Part shown: positions 40,706-53,589 of the stretch, one piece after another
Numbering within the stretch: the stretch's first letter is position 1
How the letters are laid out: every line of letters begins with the position of its first letter
From: Podarcis liolepis
Taxonomy: Eukaryota
Direction: 5' to 3' (one strand)
DNA: 64,000 bases
Assembly (NCBI GenBank): GCA_965112155.1
Contig: OZ218099.1
Notes under the pieces: generated by a model
The model's input: the letters and a program-made list of their open reading frames with translations, nothing else
Databases searched by the model: none
What the model was told of the DNA's origin: nothing
Position numbers and translations under genes: made by a program

Positions 40706-43700
40706 TACATAAAGTTGAGTGCATAAGACCCATGGCAGAAAGCTAATTTTAAAAATAATTCCTCTTGGCTTCTTCACGCAAGGACTAGCAGTTCTGCGTG
40801 ATATGGAAGGGTATTTTTAAAATATGTCAGACACTGGAACTTTCCTTGTAGGATTCCCCCAAAGTCAGAGGTGCATCTCAGAGGAATAGTTCCCTGCATA
40901 TGTTTCAGCAAAGAACCCTGGCATCAGAAACAGCTGCATTCCAAATACATTCTATTTAAATCATGTTTCCCCCCCCCCCATCCCCTCTCCCAAAATCACT
41001 GCTGTATCACAGTCTTTGTCTAACTGGCGTTTTGATTAGTTCAGAAATGTGTGCACAGGCCACAACACAACAGTATCCAAGAAAAGGAAAGCTGATCTTC
41101 TATACACTGCCCCCCCTCCTGGCTGATAAATGAGCCATGTCCCTGTTTTAATTTCCAGGCAGCAGTGGGGAGGCTGCATTACCTCATTATTCATTAATTC
41201 CTGAAAATGCCCCTTCAAGTGACACTCCTGTGCCAAGCATCACCCAAATGACAAAAGAAGACTCTCTAGAACACCGGGAGCCTTAATTTACCAAGTGAAA
41301 AGTGCCTCAAAATAGAGCTGCTGCTCCCCTAATTACTTTATTTTCATAAAAGACCTGACCTCTCTCAAGGCATCATGCTCTGTCTCTGACTACAGAGGCA
41401 CAACATAAGTTAATCCCACAGACCAATCAATGCTGGGATTCACCTACTGCCTTTTTAAAAAGAATAACACATCACCTCCTCATGAGACTCCTTCTGTCTC
41501 ATCCATATCATGGTGGATAATGAATGCACTTGGATGCTGGTTCTGAGACAGCACAAATGTGGCATGACATGCAGTTCTCCTAGACGTTTTCCGCCCCACA
41601 AAGCAGAGTTACTAAGGTCTCTCCTAGATGGAGCTTTAACACTGCCTTTTAAGTTCAAAATGTCTCCTTTACAAAAGCAAAACTCCTTATTGTGTTCCTT
41701 ACTTAGTAGTATTCCTGTTCTCTGCCCTGCTTCTCTCCTTGCCCCCCCAAACTTCATCCCTCCAGCTTTCTCACCCCTTACTCTTAAAAAAAAAAAAGTG
41801 CAAGACCCAATAACTTTTATGAGCTCCTGGGCTGGGGGAAGCTCCTAATCCCGCCCCAGGCCTTGCCTGGAGCTTCTTTGATTTGAACATTTATTTAATT
41901 ATAAATTGGATTTTTAAGCACTGCTTACTTTAAGTGTCAGATTGAAGGGAATAAGACCCTCAGACTTGACCAGGGAAATCTGTTATTAATGTCTTTTGTG
42001 GCTTTTGTTTTGCTAATCAGCAGCCTCATGGGACTGCTCTGAAGAGTGTGGAAGTGGTGCTCAGGGAGATTTGTAATTCTTTCCTTCCATACCCTACCCC
42101 TAAAGCAAACTCCCCCCTCCCTACATAAAGTCTGCTATAACTGGCATGGAGAAGACAGATGTGGACAGCAGCTCTTCCCCCTAAGCTAATAGTGATAGGA
42201 GAAGAATTACATTGGAGAAAAATTCATGGGATAGTGTTTAATAAATCTCTTTCTCCTGGAGTACTACTTCCCCACTCTTCAAAGCAGCCCCATGGGACTG
42301 CTAATTAGCAAATAAACTACAAAAGATCCCAATCACAGTTCTTCCAGGTCAAGTCTGGTTTGGACCTTAGAATGCATTAATTTCCCAGAAGGAATTGATG
42401 CAGTGGTATTTCCCTGGTAAATTTCTAAGGTTCTGGGAAGCAGGGGTGGGAGGTCTGGAGCACACTTTCTGTTAGTTGTGAGACTGAGGCAAGATGGAGG
42501 ATAGCCTAAGAGGATCCAACAACTGTCCAGGACACATTTACCACATTTGCTAAACTCCTTCAACTATCAGTACAACAACAAAAAGCAAACCCATTTACAG
42601 ACAGCCCTGCATTGCCTTTAGCCATCATCCAGTGAGTGAGGAGAAATGAGGCTGGACCACATGGTTATGCTATTGTGATAGATACTATTGGTTGGCAATC
42701 TCACATCCCCAAATGGACCTTTTCTCACTTTATTCTATGTCAAATGTAACAAACAAAAAAATGAATCAGAGACAAGGTTAGTCACATTTATCAGATGGGA
42801 TGGCAGTGTCTTTGCACTTTATAATCTGGAGCAAATATTTCTGTGCTTTTTGCAGTCATTTTGCCACTCTGAAACTCTCCAACTCCTCACAGAAAGAAAT
42901 GTGTTCTCAAAGACCTCAACAGGTGTGCCAGGCTGGCTCTGAAGCGGAGCTATGTATCTGTGTGCTCCTGACAGATTGTTGCTTCCAAAGCATCATCAGT
43001 ATTGATTCTCTATAGTGGTTGCAATAAGCTGGTCTGGTCCCCAGCCTATCAAAAGGAAACCCCTTCAGCCTCCACCCTTCCTAATTTTAGCTTTGTCAGC
43101 TAGCCAGCAAGTTTCTACAAAAGATGGGATGCTCATAGTAATCCATTGTATTTGCACGTTCTTCTCCACTGCTTCCCAATAACCAGATAAAGTTTAAAGG
43201 CCCCCACCTAGGAGAAGCCTGAATCACAGAACACACAGCCACCTTTGTTCTGATAATCACTGCAGACACATTCCAGCCCTTATCAACTAGTGAATATTAA
43301 TAATTCATAGAGCGCCTAAGAAGATTACATCAGCTTTCTGACACATACCACACATACCATGTCCTGTTGTGCCAGCCATCTGTCACTATCTCAAAAGCTG
43401 AAGCAACAGAGAAGGATTTCAAGTCCCATCCCTCCACAGGTTTTTCCCCCCAGTCTCAGTCTAAAGAGCTAAATACATGCTTTACTGTAGGTTGAAAATG
43501 TTCAAAACCTTTTCCAGACAATTAATTGCCAAAGGCGGAAACCAACTTTCCAGATTGAAACAAGGTCACACTTGCCATTTACTTCCACTCAGCATCCCAT
43601 AATTACAAATCAAAGAAACGTAGCAGTCAACAAAGACAGAGGCATTTCACGAAGAGATGCTCCAACATTCCAGACCATCTCTTGAACTGTATAAGAGTAA

Positions 43701-44121
43701 TGGTGGTGGCCGAGAAGCTGCTGTACCCTGAGCATGGCTGGCCTGCTGAGATCCTTGTATAAAGTGATCACACAACAATATTGCCTCTGCATATCTTGAA
43801 AACACTTTCGATTCCCACATTTTGTGATCAGGCTCCCGAAGCGAAGGAAAATGCACAAATCTCCTCCCTTTGCCTTTCTTCCACGTGGACACTTGAGGCC
43901 CACCTTGACAGAATATCAGATGTAGAAGCCCACACTGCATAGTACAGACAAGCAATACAAAGCAAGGAATGGGAAGGCCAGGAGAAGCTAAGCTGCCTTC
44001 CAAGAATTAACAGGACCCAGGAGATGTTAGAAGGAATGCCATTTTAAAAACAACAACACATATGATTACAAGGACCACCCCTCCCACGCTGATTGTAGGT
44101 AAGAGGAAAGAGAGCACTCAC

Positions 44122-44169
44122 CTCCCTGTTTACTTCTGTCAAGATAGATTGAAACCCTTCGGGCCAGAC
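44122..44169 (-). CDS. RPTOR: Putative alternative (cassette) RPTOR exon, 48 nt, phase 1-1: (G)LARRVSIYLDRSKQG(G)
   Basis: Acceptor ccctgtcttctcacag|GT, consensus donor GAG|gtgagt, length divisible by 3, open in the exon 28/29 frame. No expression evidence available. Confidence 0.65.
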
Positions 44170-45246
44170 CTGTGAGAAGACAGGGATTAAGGGGTTGATG
44201 CTAAGGGTAAGTTGGTCAGCCAAAGCAAAACAAATCTTAAAAAAAGGATTAGGAAAAGCAACCCAAAAGGAACAGAAAAGAACACAGTTAGAGAGAAGCA
44301 GTAGCAGCAGAAAGGCCTCCATTCAGGGAAGGAAGGAAGGAAGACGAGTAGGTTGATCACAGCAGCCATCTTAGGAAGCCATTAGCCATGAGGAGGAAAG
44401 CAAGACCGGTCTTCTTTCGCTCATGTGCTCAAATCCCACTCAGAAGGGCCCTGCTATACTCTACCTAGAATGAAAGGCACCTCGCTGTCAGCGGAGGAGT
44501 GAGAAATGAAAGCTGCGCTCCAAATGACCCCTCACCAAGAAAAACCCACAAAGAAACCCAACACCCTGTGAGGGGAGAGGTGAATCCAAACAGCCAAGCA
44601 ATGTGCTGCTCAGGCCTCACTGAGCCACCAGCTCAGCTGTGAAGCAATACAGTAGGCAGCAACAAAGCACACTTCAATGATTTGCTAATGAGCACTCATT
44701 CAGAGAGGAAGGACAATTTACAGAGGACTCTGCTCAAACAACTGTTTAAGTGGGGGAAATTAGCAGTACAAGGGGATTCATTAGAAGTCATCAGGAAGAA
44801 GGCTGGATAATGAGAGGAGCTGCAGGGTGGCGGCAGCAGCTCAGTTGTTAAGGACAGGGCAGCTTAGGCACATTCCCAGCCTAGCTGCCCTTGGTTTGCC
44901 CAAGGAACTCTAGAAAAAGAACCTGCTTGACCTTTTCCAGGGCAGGACTTGCATAGGCCACTCTCAAACACCATGGGCTCACCTTTAAAACAAGCCCCAA
45001 AACTGGGAGGAAGTAAAGCAGTGGTGATGGATGCCCTCAAAGAGCTCAGAGATGCACCAGCTGGAGGTGGCAGCCCATACTCTCCATTGTAAGGCATCAC
45101 TTGTTCTGTACGGTGGTCTGAGAGCACCAGCCAGAGTACTTTATTTATTTACATTTATATGCCACATTTTTTCTCCTTGGCTAGATGGACTGCCTCTCTG
45201 ACCTCAGGGAAAGATGTTCCTTATGTTGTTGTTTTTCTTTTCCCTT

Positions 45247-45490
45247 CAGTGTGGTGTAGTGGTTAAGAGAGGAAGTCTCATAATCTGGTGAATCAGGTTC
45301 ACTTCCCTGCTCCTCCATATGCAGCTGCTGGGTGACCTTGGGCTAGTCACACTTTTTTGAAGTCTCTCAGCCTTACTCACCTCACAGAGTGTTTGTTGTG
45401 GGGGAGGAAGGGAAAGGAGAATGTTAGTAGCTTTGAGACACCTTTGGGTAGTGATAAAGTAGGATATCAAATCCAAAACTCTCTTCTTCA
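45247..45490 (+). mobile_element. Squam3/POM-type SINE
   Basis: High similarity to 9917-10164; (CTT)-like tail. Confidence 0.85.
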
Positions 45491-47850
45491 CTCTTCCTAA
45501 TTCTAACTGGTAATACAGAGGATGTGGTTATGCTGATGGGAACTGCCATGTCCTTCCCCTACCAGTCTACAGTCTGACCTAGGAGCCTGCGTTATGCTTT
45601 CTGTTAAACCACTCATCTTAAACATCCTTTTTGTAAAAAAGAAAAGAAAAAAGTCACTCTGCCTATTCCATGTGAAACCTCGCATGCAATCTACATAAAC
45701 CAGGACCTTTTGAAATAGTGTCTGAATCACAAAACTGACACCTGTGGGAGTAGCATCCTCTCAGGAATCACCTTGAGACTGAAGCACTAACTTGCACAAG
45801 GCTTGCCCTGCTTTTATATCTTTCACATTTCCCCATGTCACCCTTCTCACTGGTTCAACTGCAAACAAAACCATCTAAAAGAGAACCACTCCACACACAC
45901 ACACACAAAGAAAACCCTGGAGAATAAAGGGGCTTGCTTAGTACCGGTCCATCTCTTGTTATGAGGAACAGACCAAGTCAGAATGACAGATCTGCTTGGC
46001 CAAAACAGCCAAGTGCTGAATTTATTCGGATGTTCATTTCAGCAACTTCCCCCCACCTCCTTCGGAGTGGTACAATATGAACTGTGCCTGCACTATTTCT
46101 GGTGGTGCCTGGGTGCTTTCATTAAAATGGTCATTATATCAGCACCAATTCAGCACCAACCTGGAACTGACTCATAATAATGTGCATAGATTCTGTGGTT
46201 CCCTCCACCCCCTGCCTGATTCTCTAGTGCTCACACAGCTGTTCTAATCTTCACATGATCCAAAATATTACGACTTTGCATAATGTGAAATTTGCTCCTG
46301 TCTTTCTTAGACCTAATCCTTTAAACTTTGATGGACAATGAATGTATTTGGTAGATTTGAGCCAGGAAAGGGCATAACCAATGCTAAGAAAAAAACCTGT
46401 TTGCTGTTGCAGTACGTAGTCAGTACAGAGCTGAAGCCTTTGGGTTTCCTATATATAGGCACATGAATGTTTTGCTGGAGAATTACACACACTTTTATAG
46501 GATTCCTTTCCTTCCATCCCTCTTAATCCACTCCAGCCTGTTCTTCACAAATGAGAAAGCTTGCACAAAGAGGTCAGGTCCACCCACTCCTTTAAGTGTG
46601 TCCTCTGCTCCTGCTGTTCATTCAATCCCCTGGTGAGGTCAGTGACCCATTTTTCATCAAGATGATTACATCACCAACTGAGGATTAGAAGGTGGAGGAG
46701 AAAGATGGAGGAAAAAGAAACCAACAGCAGAGGATGCTAAAATTCAGGTATCGTTCCACTAGCATGTAAAAAGAGGAAGGAAGAGGAAGCACCATACAGG
46801 AAATCGAGGCCACAAGCACAATGGTCTCAGAGAGACAGGAGTCAGATTACAGCCCTGTGCCAAACTGCACCAGCAGTCTCCACAGCAAAGGCCAGGACTT
46901 CTAACAACAATCTCATTTCTACAGAGGACTCATTTAATTCACCCTGCACCTTTGCACAGAGTGAATTTAACTGACCCTCTCATTCCCACAGCAATATGCA
47001 TAGGTAGTAACAAAATCAAGGACCGAAAGAGAAATTTAATAGTTCTGTAAAGGAAGCACAATCATTCTCCCTTAGTGCTGTTTCTTATTCACCGAAAGAG
47101 TGAGGAAATTACCGGGAGAAAATCCAAGCCATAGTGGAAATCAGAAGCAACAGTCACAAGGGACCTGGGCAACTCTTCTCTACAGAAATCATTTGCTCAT
47201 GCTATAGAAAAGTGTGAAAAGGGGATGATCAGGAACAGCTGTTCTTTACTATCAAAAAACAAACCATTGCCCATTACCCAGGCTAGGCTGTATCTGTAAA
47301 TCAATGCTTCATGGGTATATTTTTTATGTCAACATGTTGGTTTGCTCTGCTCTCATTACTCTTACACGTTTTATTTTTTTATGATGCCTGAACGTTGTTT
47401 AAAAGGAGTTGTTACGTGGGCAGGTTTTTCTTGTCTTCTCATCTTCTGAACTGCAGCCACAGACAACAGCAGTGGCAGACACTTCAAAGGAAGAGCCAAG
47501 GATACAATTGGATTTGACTGCACACACCAGCCTCTGCTGGAGTCCAAGGGTTAAGGCAACATTTGCTTGTACACATTTTATTGAACTGAATCAATGAAAT
47601 GCCACTTCTCTTCAGCCTCAAACTTTTTTTGTGTAGTGACTCAAAACAATAAAAATGAATTATTTTAAGATAAGAGATGATAGCTAAACAGAGTATATTT
47701 TTAGCCAAAAACAGTCACTCTCATTCAGAATTTATAACAAAGGGCTTATAGGGTGTTAACATCAGAAGTGAGGATATCAGAGTACAGCAACACATATCAA
47801 GTTGTGTCCATGTGATAGCAGGTTCTCGCCTTACCTTAAACCTTTTAAAG

Positions 47851-47970
47851 CAGGATTAGGGAACCTGTGACCCTGCAAACATTGCCACACTACAACTCCC
47901 ATCATCCCTGAACCATTGGTCATGCTGGCAGGGGCTGATGGGAGTTGAAGGCCACAAGTTCTTCACCTAC
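47851..47970. mobile_element. Short palindromic hAT-like MITE
   Basis: aactcccatca...tgatgggagtt inverted core; related to 5511-5637. Confidence 0.55.
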
Positions 47971-48380
47971 TTCAAAGGAATTAAACGGGTTAGAAAACTA
48001 CATTTCCAGTTTAACATATTGATTGTTGAGAGAAGCAATGTATTGGCTATCAGACTACGAGTGTCTAGACGAATATTTTCAAAATTTAGTTATGGACTTT
48101 GCTTGTCTATTTTTGTGAAGCAAAATGTAACACAGGATTTATCCCACTTTCTTTGGACTTCAAAGCCAGCTCTCAAATATTATTGCCAGCGTTGGACGCA
48201 GTATCATTAATATCAGCCTCCAGTGAACTGGTGCCCTCTACATGTTTTGCACTACAGTTCTAATCACCCCTAAACCTTGGCCACACTGATTGGGGATGAT
48301 TGGGTTGGCTGCTTTATATGTATTCCATTTAAATTAGCCTTTTTGCTTAGTGCATTTGTACTTGAAGTATTTGCTAATGT

Positions 48381-48383
<3 letters not shown>

Positions 48384-48417
<34 letters not shown>
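48384..48417 (+). repeat. (TG)n microsatellite
   Basis: Direct reading. Confidence 0.95.
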
Positions 48418-48418
<1 letters not shown>

Positions 48419-48691
48419 CACACAAACCTCACAAGTATGCTAAAGTTAAGATAATTTCTTTCTAGATTTTCTGATTGCAAATTCTGGATAAATTCATTGG
48501 TTTTGGTGGGGATAAGCAATAAAAATAACAGAAAAATGGGAGAAGAGCATGTAGTGGCGCATAAGGAAGTCTAACTAAGTTCTAATTTCTCCTATGATGA
48601 TTAATTCAGTGCTTGTTTTGAAATACACACACACACACACACCCCTCTGCCTACTGGGTAATCCAACACTGGCTATGCTGATTCTCAAATA

Positions 48692-48917
48692 CAGTGATAC
48701 CTCGGGTTACATACACTTCAGATTACAGACTCCGCTAACCCAGAAATGGTACCTCGGGTTCAGAACTTTGCTTCAGGATGAGAACAGAAATCGTGCTCTG
48801 GCGGCACGGCAGCAGCAGGAGGCCCCATTAGCTAAAGTGGTGCTTCAGGTAAAGAACAGTTTCAGGTTAAGAACGGACCTCTGGAACGAATTAAGTACTT
48901 AACCCGAGGTATCACTG
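48692..48917. mobile_element. Tc1/mariner MITE, family A (variant TIRs)
   Basis: TA TSD, CAGTGATACCTCGGGTT TIRs. Confidence 0.9.
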
Positions 48918-50468
48918 TATGTGCTTTCAAGATGATTTAGGGTGAGATGTGTGTTTAATGAACATCACGTAAGCTTTAAAGCTTGGTAAAGGGACTGTGA
49001 AGACAAGACCTGGAGAGATCAACAAGATTTGACTTTGGTACTCTACTCTCCACCCAAAGCAGCAGAGGGAGTTCAAGAACTGCAAGATAAGCATCTCTTA
49101 GCTGCTTTTATTGACAGTATTCCTGTAAATGGCAGGATTTCACTCACAGCAATGTTTATAGCAGACATCTAACTGCCCATACTTTATGATCGGTTCTGTG
49201 CACATGTAATGGTGCGCTATGGAAGCTCGGGTTTGCAGCAGCTGCACCTCAAATTTCAGGCTACCTGGCCGAAAAGGAAGAGGAACAGAATCACCATAAT
49301 ATTCTTTTCATGGAAAGGACCAGAGGAAGGTCTGTCAAAGTTTTAAGATCTGAGTGAGGCATCGCCTGTGAATTCCAATGAATAGCTAGAAGGAACATTA
49401 TACAGGAAAAGCAGGGCAATGTGAGGGAGGAAGGGGACATTAAAGGAAAACATGTAGGCAGCGCTACTGAAATGTAAAACCCTTAATGTTCAAAGGGCAG
49501 AGATTTTTATTTTGACGTATCAAGCCACTATCACTTACTGGCTATGCCAGCACAAATATTTTAAATGGAATGCAAAGTGCTGGTTTAGCAACAGGAAGTT
49601 TTCAAATAAGCGGTTGTCAGGCTTCAGTGCTGAGATGCACAGGTTCAGAAATGAGAACTGTCAGAGCATTAATGACTCCTCGTGTCTTGGAAGCAGAGCA
49701 AGTATCCTTCATTATCACATCCGGCATAGTGGGGTTTTTTTGGTCACCTAACCCTGCACCTCAGTCTCTCAGCCGGGCTTGTTAAGTGATGGGTTTCTTG
49801 TTGACACCTAACCCTGCCTGGATTCTCAACATGTTCGGGACACTCAAACTACTTGCACTACCACCCTGTAAATGTGACATTTCACTTGACCTTCCATCCT
49901 CCCTCCACAATGAACAGCAGGGAATACTGCAAGCGGTGTGCCCAAGTCAAGGCAGGCTGAGCAAGGTAATATGGGAAGCATGCAGAGCTGGGGCAAAAGG
50001 GAACAAGCAAACCAAAAAAAGGATAGTGGCAAGAGGTGAGTTTTTGGGGTAAAACCCCAAAGTGAGAGGAGAAAACCAGCTGCAATAATGAGTCCAAGGA
50101 AGGGCAGTGCTTAGAAAAGCCTCACACAACAATTCTCTATCTAGAAGCAAAAAAGTTAGATCTGACCTCCAGTGATGAAACTCCAGCGCAGTCCAGGAAG
50201 GGAACTCACCTGTACTCCTCTGTTCAGCACTATGAAAAAGATTGCATCTATTCCCCATCTGGCATCTCTGCTTAATCTTACATTTATTATTTGTTTTTAA
50301 AGTATCGCGGGGCAGAAATTTCTCATCGGCTCCATCAAGACCAAAACATTGTTAACAAGGTATTACTGTAGACAGCGAAGACCACTCCATGTTACCTAAC
50401 CCTGTTCCAAATGATGGCAAACTACTTTTGCCCCTTCAAATCCAGATAGAATGCTAGGTCATACCTAC

Positions 50469-50573
50469 CGCGTGTTGTTGGTAGCATGTCTGACAAGCCC
50501 TGCCAGGCCGTTACCATCTCTGGATTCTTCTCCAAGTCAGCAAAGTTTTTCCACACCCTTATAGCACCATCAT
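50469..50573 (-). CDS. RPTOR: Raptor coding exon 28 (105 nt): (D)DGAIRVWKNFADLEKNPEMVTAWQGLSDMLPTTR(G)
   Basis: Peptide present in ORF 50422..50661; acceptor ttcaag|AT, donor CGCG|gtaggt. Confidence 0.97.
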
Positions 50574-53464
50574 CTTGAAGGAATGACAGAAAGAAAACTA
50601 TAAGGCAATTCAGCTCAGAAGGGTAAGCTGGGCTTACCCAGTACCGTAAATTAATCACCATTACTGATTTGGCTCCAGCAGAAAATTCATGCTGCTTCAG
50701 ACAGGTTCCACTAAACCATGGTTCTCCAAACAGGAAGCAGGCATCCTTATGGAGAGATCAATTGTTACTATGGAAAGCTTGATCTGACACTTTCTAATCA
50801 TATTGTTGAGTCCGTTTGCCTCTTAAGTAAGGGAGTAATATGCCAAGCTCCACTATCCTCTGCCACATTCAGAGTGACAGGCAGCAACCTAGCTTGACAG
50901 CAATATAGATTATGTATTTCCAGACGGCCTTACTGGTAATTAAGTCAGCCATTTTGGAAGGAATTTTGCTTCCTGCGGTCCTAGTATTATCCCCATTTTG
51001 ATTTTGAATTGGATGATCACTGGGTGCAAATAGCATCTTACTGTGTACTCTATGCTGTCCATGAATGTAACAGTTCTGCAGCATCCGCACAAAATTGCTC
51101 TCATCAAAATGCAACCCCACATTTCCCCCCATTTAATCTGGATTTACCTGTTCTGTGGAAATTCTGATAGGTTAAAAAAAGGAGGGGGAAAACAATCAAT
51201 CTGGATTAAATGGGGGAAAATAATATGGGGTTGCATTTTGATGAGGATGAGACTGTATGTGCCCTGCAGGAGTAACACAGAGTTTCCAATAAACTGCCAT
51301 GTGGAAACACCCACTGAGGGTTATAGTACAAGAAGAGATGGGGACTGGATCTCCCATTGGTGTAACAGTAGCCACTAAAGGAAGAGGAAAGGATCTGATC
51401 TAGGTTGCGTTGCAGCATTAAGGTCAAATTCTGATAGGTTAAAGTTTTATCCATGCAACACTTTCCTAAGAAATATTCTCCCAAACCATTATTTGCCCTA
51501 TAGGCAAAACATATAGGTACCATACAGGAAGCTCTTTTTGATTTTAAATTAGAGGCACACATTATGAAAAAAAACTGGAGAACATGTAATATAAAGATTC
51601 TGTTGGCTTTCTATTTTATTCTTTTCCTCAAAGTGTTCTTTTAGTGTTTTTCCCCTGAAAATGAGCAAGGATCTTATGAATGATTCTAGCCTGGCATGGC
51701 AATCTTTAAGACCAGTCTGCTTGCAGCACCTTATTTCTCCAAACCTTCATCTTATTTGTTGCTCCCTCTTGTCATTCAGCAAACATTTCCCCCCACTGTT
51801 TATGGGAGCAATGCTTTAGCTGTCTCATAGTCCGTTGGCCCAATTTTCCTTATTAAGTCAAACACTACAGCAATAAAAAAAATCCAGTTGTTTAAGGAAA
51901 CAGGGAAAACAGCACTTTATGCTGCTGCTGCTACAACAGTATATAGCAGCACATTTTTTATTAGTTTATATACTTGAGACTAGACAGGAACATTGAAGAT
52001 GCTCTAATCTAAAAATAGTACAGTGCTCACTCCCCACCATCCCCATATCTATCTGTAGAGGGACTACTGAAATGGAGGTATTATAGCAAAACATTTCAGC
52101 TTCCCCTTTCTTCACCAGCTCTCATATAAATCAAGGGTGCTATAGTCAAGGTGGTAAGACGACTACAGCACCCTTTGACCGACATGAGAGTCAAAGGAGC
52201 CACAGAAGGCAGAAGCCAAAACATTTTGCCTTAATATATCTGTTTCAGTAGTCACTGTAATAAATAAATGGGATTAACCTTCCAAGCAAATTTGTCTGAA
52301 GTGCTGTTTGATGCTTTTTTGTGTGTTTTTTAAAATTTCTGTCTTTCTAAATTGGTGATAGCAGCAGTATTCAAACATGGTTAATGAAAATAGACTCAGT
52401 AGTTTAGCTTCTTCCTGCTTGTTATGGACAAAGCTTTATTCATTAACTGTATCATAAACTTAGATAGGGCTGGAATAAATACAGATTATTATCTATAAAG
52501 GTTTTGTGATTACCTTGGCTATAGACTCAAAGCAAGAAGGCTAAAACTGAAAACATTTGTAGTATGCACAATAATTTCCAAATGAATTCCACATACCAAA
52601 CCCTCAAATGTATTGTTAATTGGGGGGGGGGGGAGAAGAGAGAATCAGGCCACACTTTGCTGAGGCGGATGTTTCTCTGAATGGATGCACAGTTTTTCAT
52701 TTGCATACGCATACACATATGATTCCCACTGCAGTTCATGGGAGCCTGGAGTCTTGCTTATGCACTCAACATTAGTGTTGTTCACTAGCACAACAATGAT
52801 ATGCTTAGGAAAAATATGCTGGGCAATAGAGCGCAGAAAATAATGCTGCTTTTGGAAGGGATTGTCACATAGCACAATATTCCTGAAGACACACCCTGCA
52901 AGAATAATGGTCTCTGGAGAAGCTTACTTTATCTGTTAACCCGGCCTGAAGTCCTATGGAGCAGAGGATTACTCTGGAGTTGTGACGGCCAAAGAAAGTG
53001 CACAGGGGTTAAAACTGATGGTTAGGATTCCTGATGTCAGGGTGAGAAAAACTGGTATGAGGGAAGAGGCTAGTGCTAGACTGTCCTGATTCCCAAAGCA
53101 TTTTCTGAACTTGGGGTGAAATGAAGGTGAGGGCAACAGACATGGTAAGAGATAGCTCACAGGAAGGTTCTCAAACAGAGAAGCTCCAATGTGCTTGAAG
53201 AGTTTTGTGAGTGACTCAATAAGTTTGTTGGCAGGATGCACTAAAGCCAGTGCAAAATAAAAGGCTATGGAAGTTTTCACTCTTGGTTCAAAAAAATGCA
53301 ACCTTTATTAAAAGATGGTCCCTTTACTAAAACAGATGAATAAAATAAGGAAGCGTGTATAACAATACACCTCTGTGTGACTGAAATGCAAGATGAGGTC
53401 CATAGACTGGGCAAAAAACACTTTCTTAGCCCTCCCTTAAAAAAATATATCAGGCCATACCCAC

Positions 53465-53589
53465 CTGTAGCAGTCAGGAGCAGAGAACAGTCTTGTCCAT
53501 TCAGATATTCCATGGCAGTGATCCTTGTGTAGCGTGGGTTCCCATTGTGAAAATAGTCCAGCTTTTCTCCCTTTTCCCAATCCCAAAAA
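53465..53589 (-). CDS. RPTOR: Raptor coding exon 27 (125 nt): (C)FWDWEKGEKLDYFHNGNPRYTRITAMEYLNGQDCSLLLTAT(D)
   Basis: Manual translation, partly in ORF track; acceptor cccag|T, donor ACAG|gtgggt. Confidence 0.97.
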
